Part shown: positions 50,894-61,080 of the stretch, one piece after another
How the letters are laid out: each line of letters starts with the position of its first letter
How positions within the stretch are numbered: position 1 is the first letter of the stretch
Assembly: GCA_963675525.2 (NCBI GenBank)
Contig: CAXXSL010000016.1
Location: 352,001-416,000 of the forward strand
DNA: 64,000 nt
Source of the DNA: Anaerohalosphaeraceae bacterium
GTDB taxonomy: Bacteria > Planctomycetota > Phycisphaerae > Sedimentisphaerales > Anaerohalosphaeraceae
Reading direction: 5' to 3'
The notes under the pieces: model-generated
Database searches by the model: none
What the model was told of the DNA's origin: nothing
Seen by the model: the letters and a program-made list of their open reading frames with translations, nothing else
Position numbers and translations under genes: made by a program

Positions 50894-52132
50894 TTGTCCG
50901 GCAATGAAACAACAAATTTTGATACTATCCTTGGACGTATGGCCGTCGAACAACGGTTATGCACCGAAGAAGAAATTCACTTCTGCAAAGAAGAGCAAAA
51001 AAAACGCGCCTCTGAAAATCCCGCAACCCTGGAACAGTTACTTCTGGAGAACCGGTTCCTCACAAAAACACAGGCCCTAAGAGTCCGCGATGCGATCCGT
51101 GAGAGCAAAGACTCCTCCGGGCAGATCCCCGGCTACAAGGTCCTCGGCAAGTTGGGCTCTGGGGCGATGGCGGTGGTTTACAAAGCCAAGCAGTTATCGC
51201 TCGACCGCGTGGTAGCCATTAAAGTCCTGCCGAAGAAATTCGTTCAAAAATCCGATTACGTCGAACGATTCTATAAAGAAGGACGCATCGCCGCCAAGCT
51301 GAATCACAATAATATCGTTCAGGCCATTGACGTGGGCGAAGTCGGCGGGTTGTACTATTTCGTGATGGAATACGTCGAAGGCAAAACATTGTACGACGAT
51401 TTGTCAAAAGGCAAGATATTTGATGAATCCGAAGCCCTCGAGATCATCCTGCAGCTTTCAAATGCGCTGTCGCACGCTCATTCGCTGGGCCTGATCCACC
51501 GCGACGTCAAACCCAAAAACATCATGATCAACAAAGACGGCGTCGTAAAGCTGGCCGACATGGGGTTGGCTCGCGAAACATCCGACATCAAAGCCGCCAA
51601 GCACGAACAGGGAAAGGCTTTCGGAACGCCGTATTATATCGCTCCTGAACAAATCCGCGGCTTAGTCGATATCGACGGACGGGCAGATATTTACGCCCTG
51701 GGGGCCACCTTATTCCACATGGTGACCGGCCGGGTGCCGTTCGAGGCCAATACACCTTCAGAGGTCATGAAAAAACATCTGAAAGAGCCATTGATCCCGC
51801 CGGACCACATAAATACAGCTCTGTCGGCAGGCATTTCGGAAGTCGTTGAAGTCATGATGGCAAAGGATCGCGATGAACGTTACAAAACCATGGACGAGGC
51901 GCTCACCGATCTTGAGGCGGTTTACAACGGCCATCCGCCGCTGCTGGCCAGGCAGAAATTCGATATGGAATCTCTCGAAGAGCTCGAAGAAGGAATGGCC
52001 GTTGATACACAAGCCGTGAAAATGAATGCGCAAGCGCAAGAATTGGTCACAAAATACAAAGTAGCGATCGGTATTCTGATTGGAGTTTCTTTCATTCTCG
52101 GGCTGTTGCTGATTATGCAGGTAATGTGGTGA
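50894..52132 (+). CDS. Hanks-type Ser/Thr protein kinase with C-terminal TM
   Basis: LGSGAMAVVY, VAIK, HRDVKPKN, DMG, GTPYYIAPEQ, DIYALG. Confidence 0.95.
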   Translation: MSGNETTNFDTILGRMAVEQRLCTEEEIHFCKEEQKKRASENPATLEQLLLENRFLTKTQALRVRDAIRESKDSSGQIPGYKVLGKLGSGAMAVVYKAKQLSLDRVVAIKVLPKKFVQKSDYVERFYKEGRIAAKLNHNNIVQAIDVGEVGGLYYFVMEYVEGKTLYDDLSKGKIFDESEALEIILQLSNALSHAHSLGLIHRDVKPKNIMINKDGVVKLADMGLARETSDIKAAKHEQGKAFGTPYYIAPEQIRGLVDIDGRADIYALGATLFHMVTGRVPFEANTPSEVMKKHLKEPLIPPDHINTALSAGISEVVEVMMAKDRDERYKTMDEALTDLEAVYNGHPPLLARQKFDMESLEELEEGMAVDTQAVKMNAQAQELVTKYKVAIGILIGVSFILGLLLIMQVMW

Positions 52133-52180
52133 CCATTGGTCACTAAAATCACTTATTTCCGGCCGACATAGGGACAATCC

Positions 52181-52762
52181 ATGTCACGAAAGCCAACAGA
52201 CACAAAAGAGCGAATTCTTGACACCGCAATCCATCTTTTCAGTACTCACGGTTTTGCGGGGACAGCTATCGATGATATCCTGACCGCTGTCGGGATCACC
52301 AAAGGCGCGTTTTATCATTATTTCAAAAGTAAAGATAACCTCTGTGAGGCAGTGCTGGATGCCGCGATCAGCCAATACCATCAGCTTGCCGAACCCTTCC
52401 AGACGGATACCGCCAAACCCGAGGCTCTGTGCCAATGGCTGACCACTCTGATCGAAAAACAAACGTCAGGCCAGTGGCTGCATTGCCGGCTCGTTACACG
52501 ACTGTCCATTGAATCGGCCGAACTCAATGCGTCGATGCAGAATAAACTGCGAATGTTCTGGCTGTGGTGCCAAAGCTTGTACGAAACTCTGATCCGCCGA
52601 GCGATACAGGATAAGCCACGGGATAAACCTATTGATCCGGCCGCAACAGCAAGACTGTTTATCGCCGCCCACTTCGGCGCCCTCTGGCTGGATCGTTGCG
52701 CACCGGCCAAAGAAGACATCGTCAACGTTTGCGAAACACTCCTCCGCCAAATCAGCGAATAA
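52181..52762 (+). CDS. TetR/AcrR family transcriptional regulator
   Basis: RILDTA..LF...GF..T....I....GITKGAFYHYFKSK. Confidence 0.93.
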   Translation: MSRKPTDTKERILDTAIHLFSTHGFAGTAIDDILTAVGITKGAFYHYFKSKDNLCEAVLDAAISQYHQLAEPFQTDTAKPEALCQWLTTLIEKQTSGQWLHCRLVTRLSIESAELNASMQNKLRMFWLWCQSLYETLIRRAIQDKPRDKPIDPAATARLFIAAHFGALWLDRCAPAKEDIVNVCETLLRQISE

Positions 52763-52926
52763 CCTGTCGCTATCGTTTGCGCGCATAATGGAACAATAAA
52801 AAGTTGACTTTTTATTCTTTTTTCTTTGATATTGACGGCTGTTGTCCTTTACGACATAATTGAAAACCTAATGTGTCTAGACAAGAATAATCGATACTAT
52901 TTCTATGAAGGCAAAAGAGAATTATC

Positions 52927-54126
52927 ATGAAAACCCTGGTCATTAACGCAGGCAGCTCGTCGATCAAATATCAGTTGTTTGACATGCCCGACCGAAATAT
53001 CCTGGCCAAAGGCATAGTGGAGCGTATCGGCTCTCCGGATGCACAGCTTTTGCATCGTTACAACGGCCAAAAGCACATTGCTCAGGTTACCGCGCCGGAT
53101 CATGACGCTGGCATGGATGTGATTCTTTCAACTCTAAAAGATGCGATAATCGGCGCAGTCAGTAAAATCAGCGAGATCCAAGCCGTCGGTCATCGGGTCG
53201 TCCACGGCGGGGAAGAATTTACCGGATCAGTCGTCATCAATGACCACGTGCTGGACTCCATCGAACGCTTTGCCGACCTTGCCCCCCTGCACAATCCGCC
53301 GAATTTAACCGGTATCCGCGCAGCAATACACGCTTTGCCGAATGCCGTGCAGGTCGCCTGCTTCGACACAGCGTTTCATACGACCATCTCGCAGACGGCA
53401 TATTTGTATGCCCTGCCGTATGAGATTTATGAAAAGTACCGTGTGCGGCGATATGGCTTTCACGGCACCAGCCACCGCTATGTGGCGCGGCGATGCGCCA
53501 AGTTGATGGGCGTTGACAAAACACAGGCCAATATCATCACCTGTCATCTGGGTAACGGCTGCTCGATGACCGCGGTTAAAGAAGGCAGGAGTGTCGACAC
53601 ATCAATGGGCCTGACCCCGCTGGAAGGTCTGGTCATGGGTACCCGCTGCGGAGATATCGACCCGGCGATCCTTTTTTATCTGGGCAACAAGGGCTACAGC
53701 ATTGAGCAGCTTAATAACATGTGCAATAAACAAAGCGGGCTGTTAGGGATTTCCGGCATTTCAAATGACATGCGGAATCTGACCGAACTGATCGGACAGG
53801 GCAACGAACCGGCCAAACTGGCGGTCGATATTTTCGTCTATCGCATCAAAAAATACATCGGAACTTATACCGCAGTGCTGGGCCGGGTAGATGGGATCGT
53901 CTTTACCGGCGGCATCGGCGAAAACAATCCTGACCTGCGGGAAAATGTCTGTGCGGAACAATCACAGATCGGCATAGAAATTGACGCCGAACGCAACAAA
54001 ACCAAATCATCCGAAGACCGGCTCATCAGTGCCGACAACAGCCGGGTCAAAGTCTATGTGATTCCAACGGACGAAGAAGCCGCCATCGCAGGAGATACCT
54101 ACGAATTGGCTATAGCAAGTTCGTAA
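52927..54126 (+). CDS. ackA: Acetate kinase
   Basis: LVINAGSSSIK, GHRVVHGG, APLHNP, FDTAFH, HLGNG, TGGIGEN. Confidence 0.97.
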   Translation: MKTLVINAGSSSIKYQLFDMPDRNILAKGIVERIGSPDAQLLHRYNGQKHIAQVTAPDHDAGMDVILSTLKDAIIGAVSKISEIQAVGHRVVHGGEEFTGSVVINDHVLDSIERFADLAPLHNPPNLTGIRAAIHALPNAVQVACFDTAFHTTISQTAYLYALPYEIYEKYRVRRYGFHGTSHRYVARRCAKLMGVDKTQANIITCHLGNGCSMTAVKEGRSVDTSMGLTPLEGLVMGTRCGDIDPAILFYLGNKGYSIEQLNNMCNKQSGLLGISGISNDMRNLTELIGQGNEPAKLAVDIFVYRIKKYIGTYTAVLGRVDGIVFTGGIGENNPDLRENVCAEQSQIGIEIDAERNKTKSSEDRLISADNSRVKVYVIPTDEEAAIAGDTYELAIASS

Positions 54127-54189
54127 ATTCCAAAAGCCCAAATGCTAACTTCGAATGACTGGAGTGTGCAATTTGGATTTTGGAATTTT

Positions 54190-55005
54190 CTACAGCGAAC
54201 GCTGTAGAATAATGCCACAGTTCCGCCATTGCTGTGCAAATTGTATGCGGGGGATATACACCAACCCTTCCATGGGATCGGCAACGGTGACCGTTTCGTC
54301 CGTGTAGCTCATCACCGCCACACAGTGATCGAGCATCGTCGCATCCCTGACGACCACCAGCGTGACACTGTCAGCAGGGATTGCATCCAGTGAGTCCAGA
54401 TAGCTGAAACGGCAGCGAAGGCCCTGCGATGAGTAATTGTCTTTGAGGACCCGGTAGAGGTTCCAGGGCGACGTACCAATGACAGGCGAGGTTCGGGCCG
54501 CAACCGCAAGCTGTCCTTCCGTCGTGTCCATACCGAAGTATTTCAGTGCCGTGACCGCCGCGGCCGGACCGCAGGTAAACGGTTGGCTCTGGCGGCAGAC
54601 CCCATCGACATCGATCTGAGTTGGAATACAAGATAAATCCCCCTGAACCAACGCCGGACCCATAAAGGGAAGCGTAATTAAAATGGCAATGAAAATGCTC
54701 ATGAGTACACAGGTGGTAAATCGGGAAATAATGCTTCGCAATTGACTCAGGGGTGCGGTCAGCCCGATGGTGACCGCAAAGGTCAGCAGGATAAACCGAA
54801 GACGCCCGGCCGCAATCGGCCGCAGGGGGGGAAGGTACGGCCACAAAACACTCAGCCGGGCCAACAGGATAAGCAAAATGATACCGAATGCGGCAGCCAT
54901 CGCCATGATACGTGCCGTCGGGGAGTGTTTTGACGACCACCGCCCCGCAAACAGACCGCAAGCAGCGACAGCCAAGATACCGATTGTCTCCAGCCAGAGA
55001 CTCAT
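54190..55005 (-). CDS. Membrane-anchored C39-family cysteine peptidase
   Basis: About 4 N-terminal TMs; QSQPFTCGPAA (Cys), DHCVAV (His), VADP (Asp); start at MSLW after a GGGAG RBS. Confidence 0.8.
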   Translation of the reverse strand: MSLWLETIGILAVAACGLFAGRWSSKHSPTARIMAMAAAFGIILLILLARLSVLWPYLPPLRPIAAGRLRFILLTFAVTIGLTAPLSQLRSIISRFTTCVLMSIFIAILITLPFMGPALVQGDLSCIPTQIDVDGVCRQSQPFTCGPAAAVTALKYFGMDTTEGQLAVAARTSPVIGTSPWNLYRVLKDNYSSQGLRCRFSYLDSLDAIPADSVTLVVVRDATMLDHCVAVMSYTDETVTVADPMEGLVYIPRIQFAQQWRNCGIILQRSL

Positions 55006-55241
55006 GTTCTCCCTTCCCGCATACAATTTCACCGGACCGTCCGGCTTTTCATCAACGTCCTCTCCCCTCATCATACCAAAACAACCCCGCATCGCAAACC
55101 GGATAAAACCTAAAAAGAGCCGCATTATCGAAACAACGCCTATTGCACTCCAGAAAACTGATTTTATCGGAAGTCTCAGTAAAATCACGGATATTTTTTA
55201 TGGTCCAATTCCTCTACGAAACAAGTAAATTCAGAGAGAAC

Positions 55242-57440
55242 TTACCGTCTTCGCTTTTTATGAGAGTGGTGGTTTCGTTTGTATTTGCGGCGGTTGAGGG
55301 TTGGGCGTTCTTTGACGAGAGGTTCGGCGGGCGCCAGGAACAACTGGCGGCCGGCAACGTTGACCGCCGCAATCCGAACTTTCATGAGCTGGCCAAGATG
55401 AACACTTTCGCCGGACCATTTGCCGACCACAGCCTGAGCACGTTCGTCAAACTTCCATTCATCCAGTCCCAGATCGCCCGGTTCGATCATTCCCTCAATG
55501 CCGAATTTGGTGCACTGGACAAACACGCCAAAATTGGTCAGGCCCGAAACAACCACATCCATATCCTGACCGATGCGCTCGCTGAGCATCTGCAGGAGCA
55601 ATACCGTCTTGAGTTCCTTTTCGGCATCAGCGGCCTGCTGTTCAGTAAAAGTGATGTGCTTGCCGACCTCGATCAGCTCACCTTCGGCGAGAACTTCATC
55701 CAGCCCGATCTTGTTGAGTTTTCCGCGGACATAGCAATCGATCAGCCGGTGTACCAGCAAATCCGCATAGCGGCGGATGGGACTGGTAAAATGGCAGTAA
55801 TGCGTTGACGCCAGCGCAAAGTGCCCAATGTGCAGCGGCGAATATTCAGCCTTCTGCATACTGCGCAGGACATGCATATTGATCGCATAAGACAAAGGTG
55901 TATTTTTCGCGGAACTCAGCAGGTCCTGGATGGCATAGCGGTCCAGATGGCGCGGGACTTTCAGGCCGCATACCTTAATGAATCGACCGAGATTTTTCTG
56001 GGTGATCGCATCCGGATCCGGATGGATGCGTCGCATGAACGGCACATCAAACCGGTCCAGCAGGCTCGCCACCGCTTCATTGGCTTCAACCATGAACATT
56101 TCGATCATGGTATGCGGATAACTGTCGTCAGCCGGATGAGCATCGACAACACGTCCCTGCTCATCATAAACCAGTTCCGTTTCCGGCAGGTCCAGATGGA
56201 GCATCCCGTTTTTTTCGCGGCGTTTTTCAATGGCCCTTGCCAACAGCTCCATATCCTTAAGCAATGCGACGACTTCACCCGGATAGCCTTCGGCATGTCC
56301 CTTTAAAATCGCATCCACTTCCAGATAGGCCAGCCGTTTCTTCGAACAAATAATGCTGTTGTCGAATTCCGTTCCGAGCACGTTGCCTTTAAGGTCATAG
56401 GTGATATAAGCGCTTTTAGCAAAACGCTTTTGATCCGGCTGAAGCGAGCAGATCCCATTACTCAAAACTTCCGGCAGCATCGGGATGACCTTTTGCGGCA
56501 GATAAACACTGTTGCCGCGGAGACGGGCTTCCTTATCCAGCGGCGAATCCTGCGGGATAAAATGGCTGACATCGGCGATGTGCACGCCCAGCTGCCAATG
56601 GCCGGACTTGTCTTTTTTCAGACTGATCGCATCGTCAAAATCACGTGCATCCGGCGGATCGATCGTCACGATCACTTCATCGGTGATATCGATTCGATGC
56701 TCCGTCGCGATCGGTTTGAAATGTTCGACCGACTGATGGGCCTGATCGCGACAGGTCGAATCAAACTCCACAGGCAGACCATAGCGGGCAATGATCGAAC
56801 GAATTTCGGCATCATATTCTCCCGCCTGCCCGAGAATCTCGACAATCGCTCCGCGCGCAGGCATATCGTCAGTCGGATAGCTGACGATCTCCAGAACAAC
56901 CTTGTCATTTTCTTTGGCACCGCTGGAGGGAGCGTCATCCACCAGGATCGACGGAAAGAAACCTTTGCCTTCCGGCTGAACGACCCACAACCCCTTATGA
57001 CGCAGCAATGTGCCGACAAACCGGTCACTGCCGCGTTCGACAATATCAATGATGATTCCCGAGTAGCGCACCTGACCGTCACGATGACCTTTTTTTACCG
57101 CGCGAGCCACCACAGTGTCGTTATTCATGGCCCCGGCGGTATCTTCCGGCGAAACATACAGATCCCCGTACGCATTCGGTGCCAGCGGAATCACAAACCC
57201 GAAACCTCGTAAATTGGCGCGGAATGTCCCGATGACACGGTGACCCATGGCCGGAAGACTGACATTCTTACGTGAATCAATCACAACCTGACTGTTTTGA
57301 CGCATCTGCTCGATCGCCGCCCCAAAGGTATCATAGCTATCCGAAGACACACCAAGCGACTGCGCCAGTTTCCTGGCCGTCATGGGCGTATAATCACGCC
57401 GCGTCAGCGTTGCGAGTATTTGTTTTTTAAGGAGTTCCAT
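55242..57440 (-). CDS. rnr: Ribonuclease R
   Basis: GFGFV cold-shock domain, TIDPPDARDFDDA, HIADVS, HFTSPIRRYADL, S1 domain, basic tail. Confidence 0.96.
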   Translation of the reverse strand: MELLKKQILATLTRRDYTPMTARKLAQSLGVSSDSYDTFGAAIEQMRQNSQVVIDSRKNVSLPAMGHRVIGTFRANLRGFGFVIPLAPNAYGDLYVSPEDTAGAMNNDTVVARAVKKGHRDGQVRYSGIIIDIVERGSDRFVGTLLRHKGLWVVQPEGKGFFPSILVDDAPSSGAKENDKVVLEIVSYPTDDMPARGAIVEILGQAGEYDAEIRSIIARYGLPVEFDSTCRDQAHQSVEHFKPIATEHRIDITDEVIVTIDPPDARDFDDAISLKKDKSGHWQLGVHIADVSHFIPQDSPLDKEARLRGNSVYLPQKVIPMLPEVLSNGICSLQPDQKRFAKSAYITYDLKGNVLGTEFDNSIICSKKRLAYLEVDAILKGHAEGYPGEVVALLKDMELLARAIEKRREKNGMLHLDLPETELVYDEQGRVVDAHPADDSYPHTMIEMFMVEANEAVASLLDRFDVPFMRRIHPDPDAITQKNLGRFIKVCGLKVPRHLDRYAIQDLLSSAKNTPLSYAINMHVLRSMQKAEYSPLHIGHFALASTHYCHFTSPIRRYADLLVHRLIDCYVRGKLNKIGLDEVLAEGELIEVGKHITFTEQQAADAEKELKTVLLLQMLSERIGQDMDVVVSGLTNFGVFVQCTKFGIEGMIEPGDLGLDEWKFDERAQAVVGKWSGESVHLGQLMKVRIAAVNVAGRQLFLAPAEPLVKERPTLNRRKYKRNHHSHKKRRR

Positions 57441-57669
57441 TAGGTTTTTTAATCAATCTACATTTTTCTTATGTTATTTATAAATGGCTGTTATGATTAG
57501 TATGCTACCATTGCCGACCGGATAAGACAAGGATTTTCAGGCACAGAACATAACTAGAGGATTGGGGCATACGGATCTGCTGAAAGGGGTAAAAAAAAAG
57601 CGTCCGCCGATGTCTAACCTTATCGACGAGACGCCTTTGATTCTGAAAATAAAAAACCGACCGAATAAC

Positions 57670-57948
57670 TTATCCGGCCACCTTAGCTTTCATTGCATTC
57701 AGACGGCGGGCCATCCGGGACTTCATCCGTGAGGCGGTATTTTTGTGCATCGTGCTGGTGGATGCCACCTTGTCGAGCTTTTTGGTCAACAGAACAAACT
57801 GCTCATTTGCCTGATCCACTTCGCCGGCGCCTAAGGCCGCTTCAAAATGCTTAACCTGGGTTCTGACCATGCTCTTACGTGAACGATTGATCACGCGTCT
57901 CTTGGCATTCTGCCGAATTCGTTTTTTGGCTGATAAAGAATGTGCCAC
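57670..57948 (-). CDS. rpsT: 30S ribosomal protein S20
   Basis: MAHSLSAKKRIRQ...HKNTASRMKSR. Confidence 0.96.
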   Translation of the reverse strand: MAHSLSAKKRIRQNAKRRVINRSRKSMVRTQVKHFEAALGAGEVDQANEQFVLLTKKLDKVASTSTMHKNTASRMKSRMARRLNAMKAKVAG

Positions 57949-58021
57949 TTTTTACTCCTGTTTCTTATTTAAAGGACTCTACGACTGAGAGGTTAGTTCT
58001 GCAATCTGGCATAGAAAAGCT

Positions 58022-59422
58022 CTATTTTGTAACATCTTTTCGCAAAATGTCAATACGCTGTCCGACATCTTTATAACTAAAATCGGCCTGAGCCAGCTTT
58101 CGGTAGATATCCAGAGCCTCCTGCCCCTTGCCTTTTGCTTCGTAAGCCCTTGCCAGATTGTATCTTATGTCTTTTGCGATAGCACTTTCCTTGTTGGCAC
58201 AATTTTTTAACGCATCTTGAAAAATATCGATGGCATCCTCGGCCCAGCCCTTCAAAAGGAAGCATAATCCCATTTTGTCCATGGAAAGAACCTTCAATCG
58301 GGGGTCCTTGCGGGACTCCTGGAACATGGGGATCGCCTGATCGTACTGCTGGGTCTTGACCAGACAGCGCCCGTATTCATATTTGAATCTCAGGTCGGTC
58401 GGATAATGTTCCTGGCATTTTTTGAAATGCTCGGTCTCGACCTCTTCGAACTGGTGCTGGAGCTGCTGAAGTGTTTTCTGAAGACCCGCATCCTCCGGCT
58501 GGGTTTTAAGCTGACCGCTAACCCCGCGAATCTGATCTTTGAGATTTTTGATGCGATACTCACCCAGCCGCTTTAAAAAAGTATAGTCCTTGGACTGGGC
58601 GTAGGAATTTTGCAGCAGGTTGATCGCTTCGGCCTCAGATTCATTGGTTGCCAGGGCAAACATCGCATCGGCCAGTTCGAGAATATTGGTAACAGTGGCC
58701 TGCCCGCCCTGAACTTTTTTGCGAGCCTGAAATACAGCCTGCTTCTTGAAATCCTCGTTTTTGATAATATTTTCCTGGCTATGAAGCCTTTCCTGTGACT
58801 CCTTATCCTGAATGGAACCGCGGAAATCATCCGTTTTGCCGTAATTACCCTTTTCCATCGTCATGCTGGCACACAAATCCCGCAGTTCATCGCGCAGTGC
58901 CGCATCGTTGGGTTTCAGTTTAATGGCGTGTTCGCAGGCTCCGACGGCATTTGTGAACATCTGCATTTTGACATACGAATCCTTCAGGAGGATATACGCG
59001 GCAAAACTGGGCTTACCGCTGGCCTTGTTGGCCTCAAAAACCAACGACGCCAGCCATTCAGCCGTCCGCAGATACCCCCCCTTGACCGCCGCCTTGAGCA
59101 TCTCTTCGGCATAGGGAAGATGGTCCGGGTCCTTGGCCATCAGATATTCGGCATTGAGCATTTCATCCAGCGGCATTTTGCCCTTTAAATGCTTGACCTT
59201 CTCCATCATGGTCGGTTTTTTGCCGCCCGCTCCCTGGCGCATCAGGGCCAGTCTGCGCAGCGGCGCATGCCCGTCTTCGAGGGCGTCCGGCGACAGACGA
59301 AGCCCGTCAAGATACAGGTCGATCGCATAATTAAAATTCGACGTCGAGGCGACTTCCTCGGCGCGGGCAAAAAAAGCACGGGCCTTTTCCAACCCGATCT
59401 CGTAGGGGTCCTTATCGATCAC
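58022..59422 (-). CDS. Tetratricopeptide repeat protein
   Basis: Repeated TPR helices (YEYGRCL..YDQAI..FQ; YNLARAYE..G..AL..Y). Confidence 0.85.
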   Translation of the reverse strand: MIDKDPYEIGLEKARAFFARAEEVASTSNFNYAIDLYLDGLRLSPDALEDGHAPLRRLALMRQGAGGKKPTMMEKVKHLKGKMPLDEMLNAEYLMAKDPDHLPYAEEMLKAAVKGGYLRTAEWLASLVFEANKASGKPSFAAYILLKDSYVKMQMFTNAVGACEHAIKLKPNDAALRDELRDLCASMTMEKGNYGKTDDFRGSIQDKESQERLHSQENIIKNEDFKKQAVFQARKKVQGGQATVTNILELADAMFALATNESEAEAINLLQNSYAQSKDYTFLKRLGEYRIKNLKDQIRGVSGQLKTQPEDAGLQKTLQQLQHQFEEVETEHFKKCQEHYPTDLRFKYEYGRCLVKTQQYDQAIPMFQESRKDPRLKVLSMDKMGLCFLLKGWAEDAIDIFQDALKNCANKESAIAKDIRYNLARAYEAKGKGQEALDIYRKLAQADFSYKDVGQRIDILRKDVTK

Positions 59423-59755
59423 GATGCACTAACTCTCCCAAAAATTAGCTATTAAAGTGCGTATCATACAGTTTTTTCGGCATAATTGTCAATAAAAATG
59501 AGCGGAATTAAGCCTGATTAAAGACCAATCCACATTATCGAGGATTTTTTCGGCTCCACCCGGCATTTTCACCCGTTTTCAACGCTCAACAACCTCCTGA
59601 TATCTCTTGTCTGATATCGGATGACTGCAATGCTTATTCGTCCACCACAAAGTCTGTACAGCAGACGCCATGTTGTAGATAATATGTAGGCCATCCAAAA
59701 GTTCTTATAATGGTTTTTGAACCCTAAACCGGAACCATTATCGAAAGGATGGCCC

Positions 59756-60838
59756 ATGCGTAGTCTATCAAAGGTACAGACATTTTTCAACACTATCCGT
59801 TTAACCCGTAACGATGCATTGTTTATTGGTATTGACACCCATAAGGAAACGTATCATGTCGCGCTGCACTTAAACGACACCCCCGCTCTTGATTTTGTCA
59901 TGCCGTCGAATCCCAATCAACTTATTGAACAGCTCAAACCGGTCCAGCACGCCATCAAAGAGATTGTTTACGAAGCCGGGCCCACGGGCTATTCATTGGC
60001 TCGCACCTTACAAAAACACCATCTGCCCGTGACTATTGCGGCCACCTCTAAAACGCCCCGGCCGGCCGCCAAAGAGGACAAGACAGATCGCCTGGACAGT
60101 AAAAAACTGGCGTGTTATCTGGCCAAGGGGCTCCTCAAACCGGTGACCATTCCTTCGGTCCAGCAGGAGGGGGACCGACAGTTGTGCCGGATGCGGCATC
60201 GTCAACGAAAAAACGGAGCCTGTGTCAAAACTCAAATCAAGTCATTTTTATTACAACACGGGCTGACGGAACCGGAAGGGCTCAAATATTGGTCTGGTAA
60301 AAGCATCGACGCCCTCCGAGCCTTGCGGCTGCCAAAGCCATTACGTTTGTCACTGGACGCGTTACTCAGCGACCTGGACTACCATTCTGACAGACTGACG
60401 GTGCTTGAGCGTCTCCTGGACGAAAGGATGGGGTCAACACCAACCGGCCAGCGGATTGCATTACTTCAAACACATCCCGGCATCGGACCGGTGACAGCAC
60501 GACAGTTTGTTACGGAAGTGTTCCACTATGACCATTTTGAGACATCCTGCCAAGTGGTCAAATATGTCGGATTGGCCCCGACGATCCATCAAAGCGGTTC
60601 AAAAAGTACATCCGGCCCCATCAATCGGGACGGGAAGCCGTCCCTTCGTTGCACACTCATTCAAGCCGCATGGCAGTGGGTTGCCGTTGATGTTAAGGCC
60701 AAACAATACTTTTGGCGGATTTGTCACAGCAATGGGGGTATCAAACAGAAAGCGATCACTGCGGTGGCTCGAAAACTGACCGTGCATCTGTGGCGCATGT
60801 TGATAAAAAATGAACCCTATCGGGCGGAAAAAGCTTAA
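59756..60838 (+). CDS. IS110-family DEDD transposase/recombinase
   Basis: FIGIDTHK (D), VYEAG (E), KTDRLDS (D..D), PGIGPVTA, YVGLAP..HQSG (catalytic Ser), AVARKL; AAAGGA RBS. Confidence 0.95.
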   Translation: MRSLSKVQTFFNTIRLTRNDALFIGIDTHKETYHVALHLNDTPALDFVMPSNPNQLIEQLKPVQHAIKEIVYEAGPTGYSLARTLQKHHLPVTIAATSKTPRPAAKEDKTDRLDSKKLACYLAKGLLKPVTIPSVQQEGDRQLCRMRHRQRKNGACVKTQIKSFLLQHGLTEPEGLKYWSGKSIDALRALRLPKPLRLSLDALLSDLDYHSDRLTVLERLLDERMGSTPTGQRIALLQTHPGIGPVTARQFVTEVFHYDHFETSCQVVKYVGLAPTIHQSGSKSTSGPINRDGKPSLRCTLIQAAWQWVAVDVKAKQYFWRICHSNGGIKQKAITAVARKLTVHLWRMLIKNEPYRAEKA

Positions 60839-60852
60839 ACAGTATACGAATG

Positions 60853-60992
60853 GATTGAAGCTCACCACGACGTGCCGACCACGGCCCGAGGCTTGTGTCT
60901 TGAACACGATTGTAGATTGTTGGCGGCACCTCAGGAAGAACGAATCGATTAACGTGTGCTTCGAGCACGAATAACAGACTGAGCGATCAATC
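60853..60992 (+). ncRNA. Putative bridge/seek RNA in the IS right non-coding end
   Basis: Closing stem GATTGA/TCAATC; two parallel hairpin-capped loops carrying target- and donor-matching segments. Confidence 0.7.
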
Positions 60993-61080
60993 TTGAAAGA
61001 CAAGGAATATCGATATGAAGTAAAAAACAAAAAAATTGTTGGTTTTAAAATATAAGACTTGTAAGATGGCCTCATAACAG

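Larger units (their letters stand above)
59679..61078 (+). mobile_element. Complete IS110-family, IS1111-type insertion sequence (1400 bp between AG cores at 59677-78 and 61079-80)
   Basis: Sub-terminal IRs ATGTAGGCCATC (59684-95) / GATGGCCTCAT (61065-75); long 3' non-coding end; flanks rejoin into a repeat matching the empty copy at 61257-61306. Confidence 0.9.

Noticed and set aside
20243..57212. Long antisense ORFs (e.g. 20243-20932, 23681-24436, 36388-37227, 47308-48099, 56430-57212)
   Set aside because: Shadows of well-supported genes on the opposite strand with no recognisable motifs
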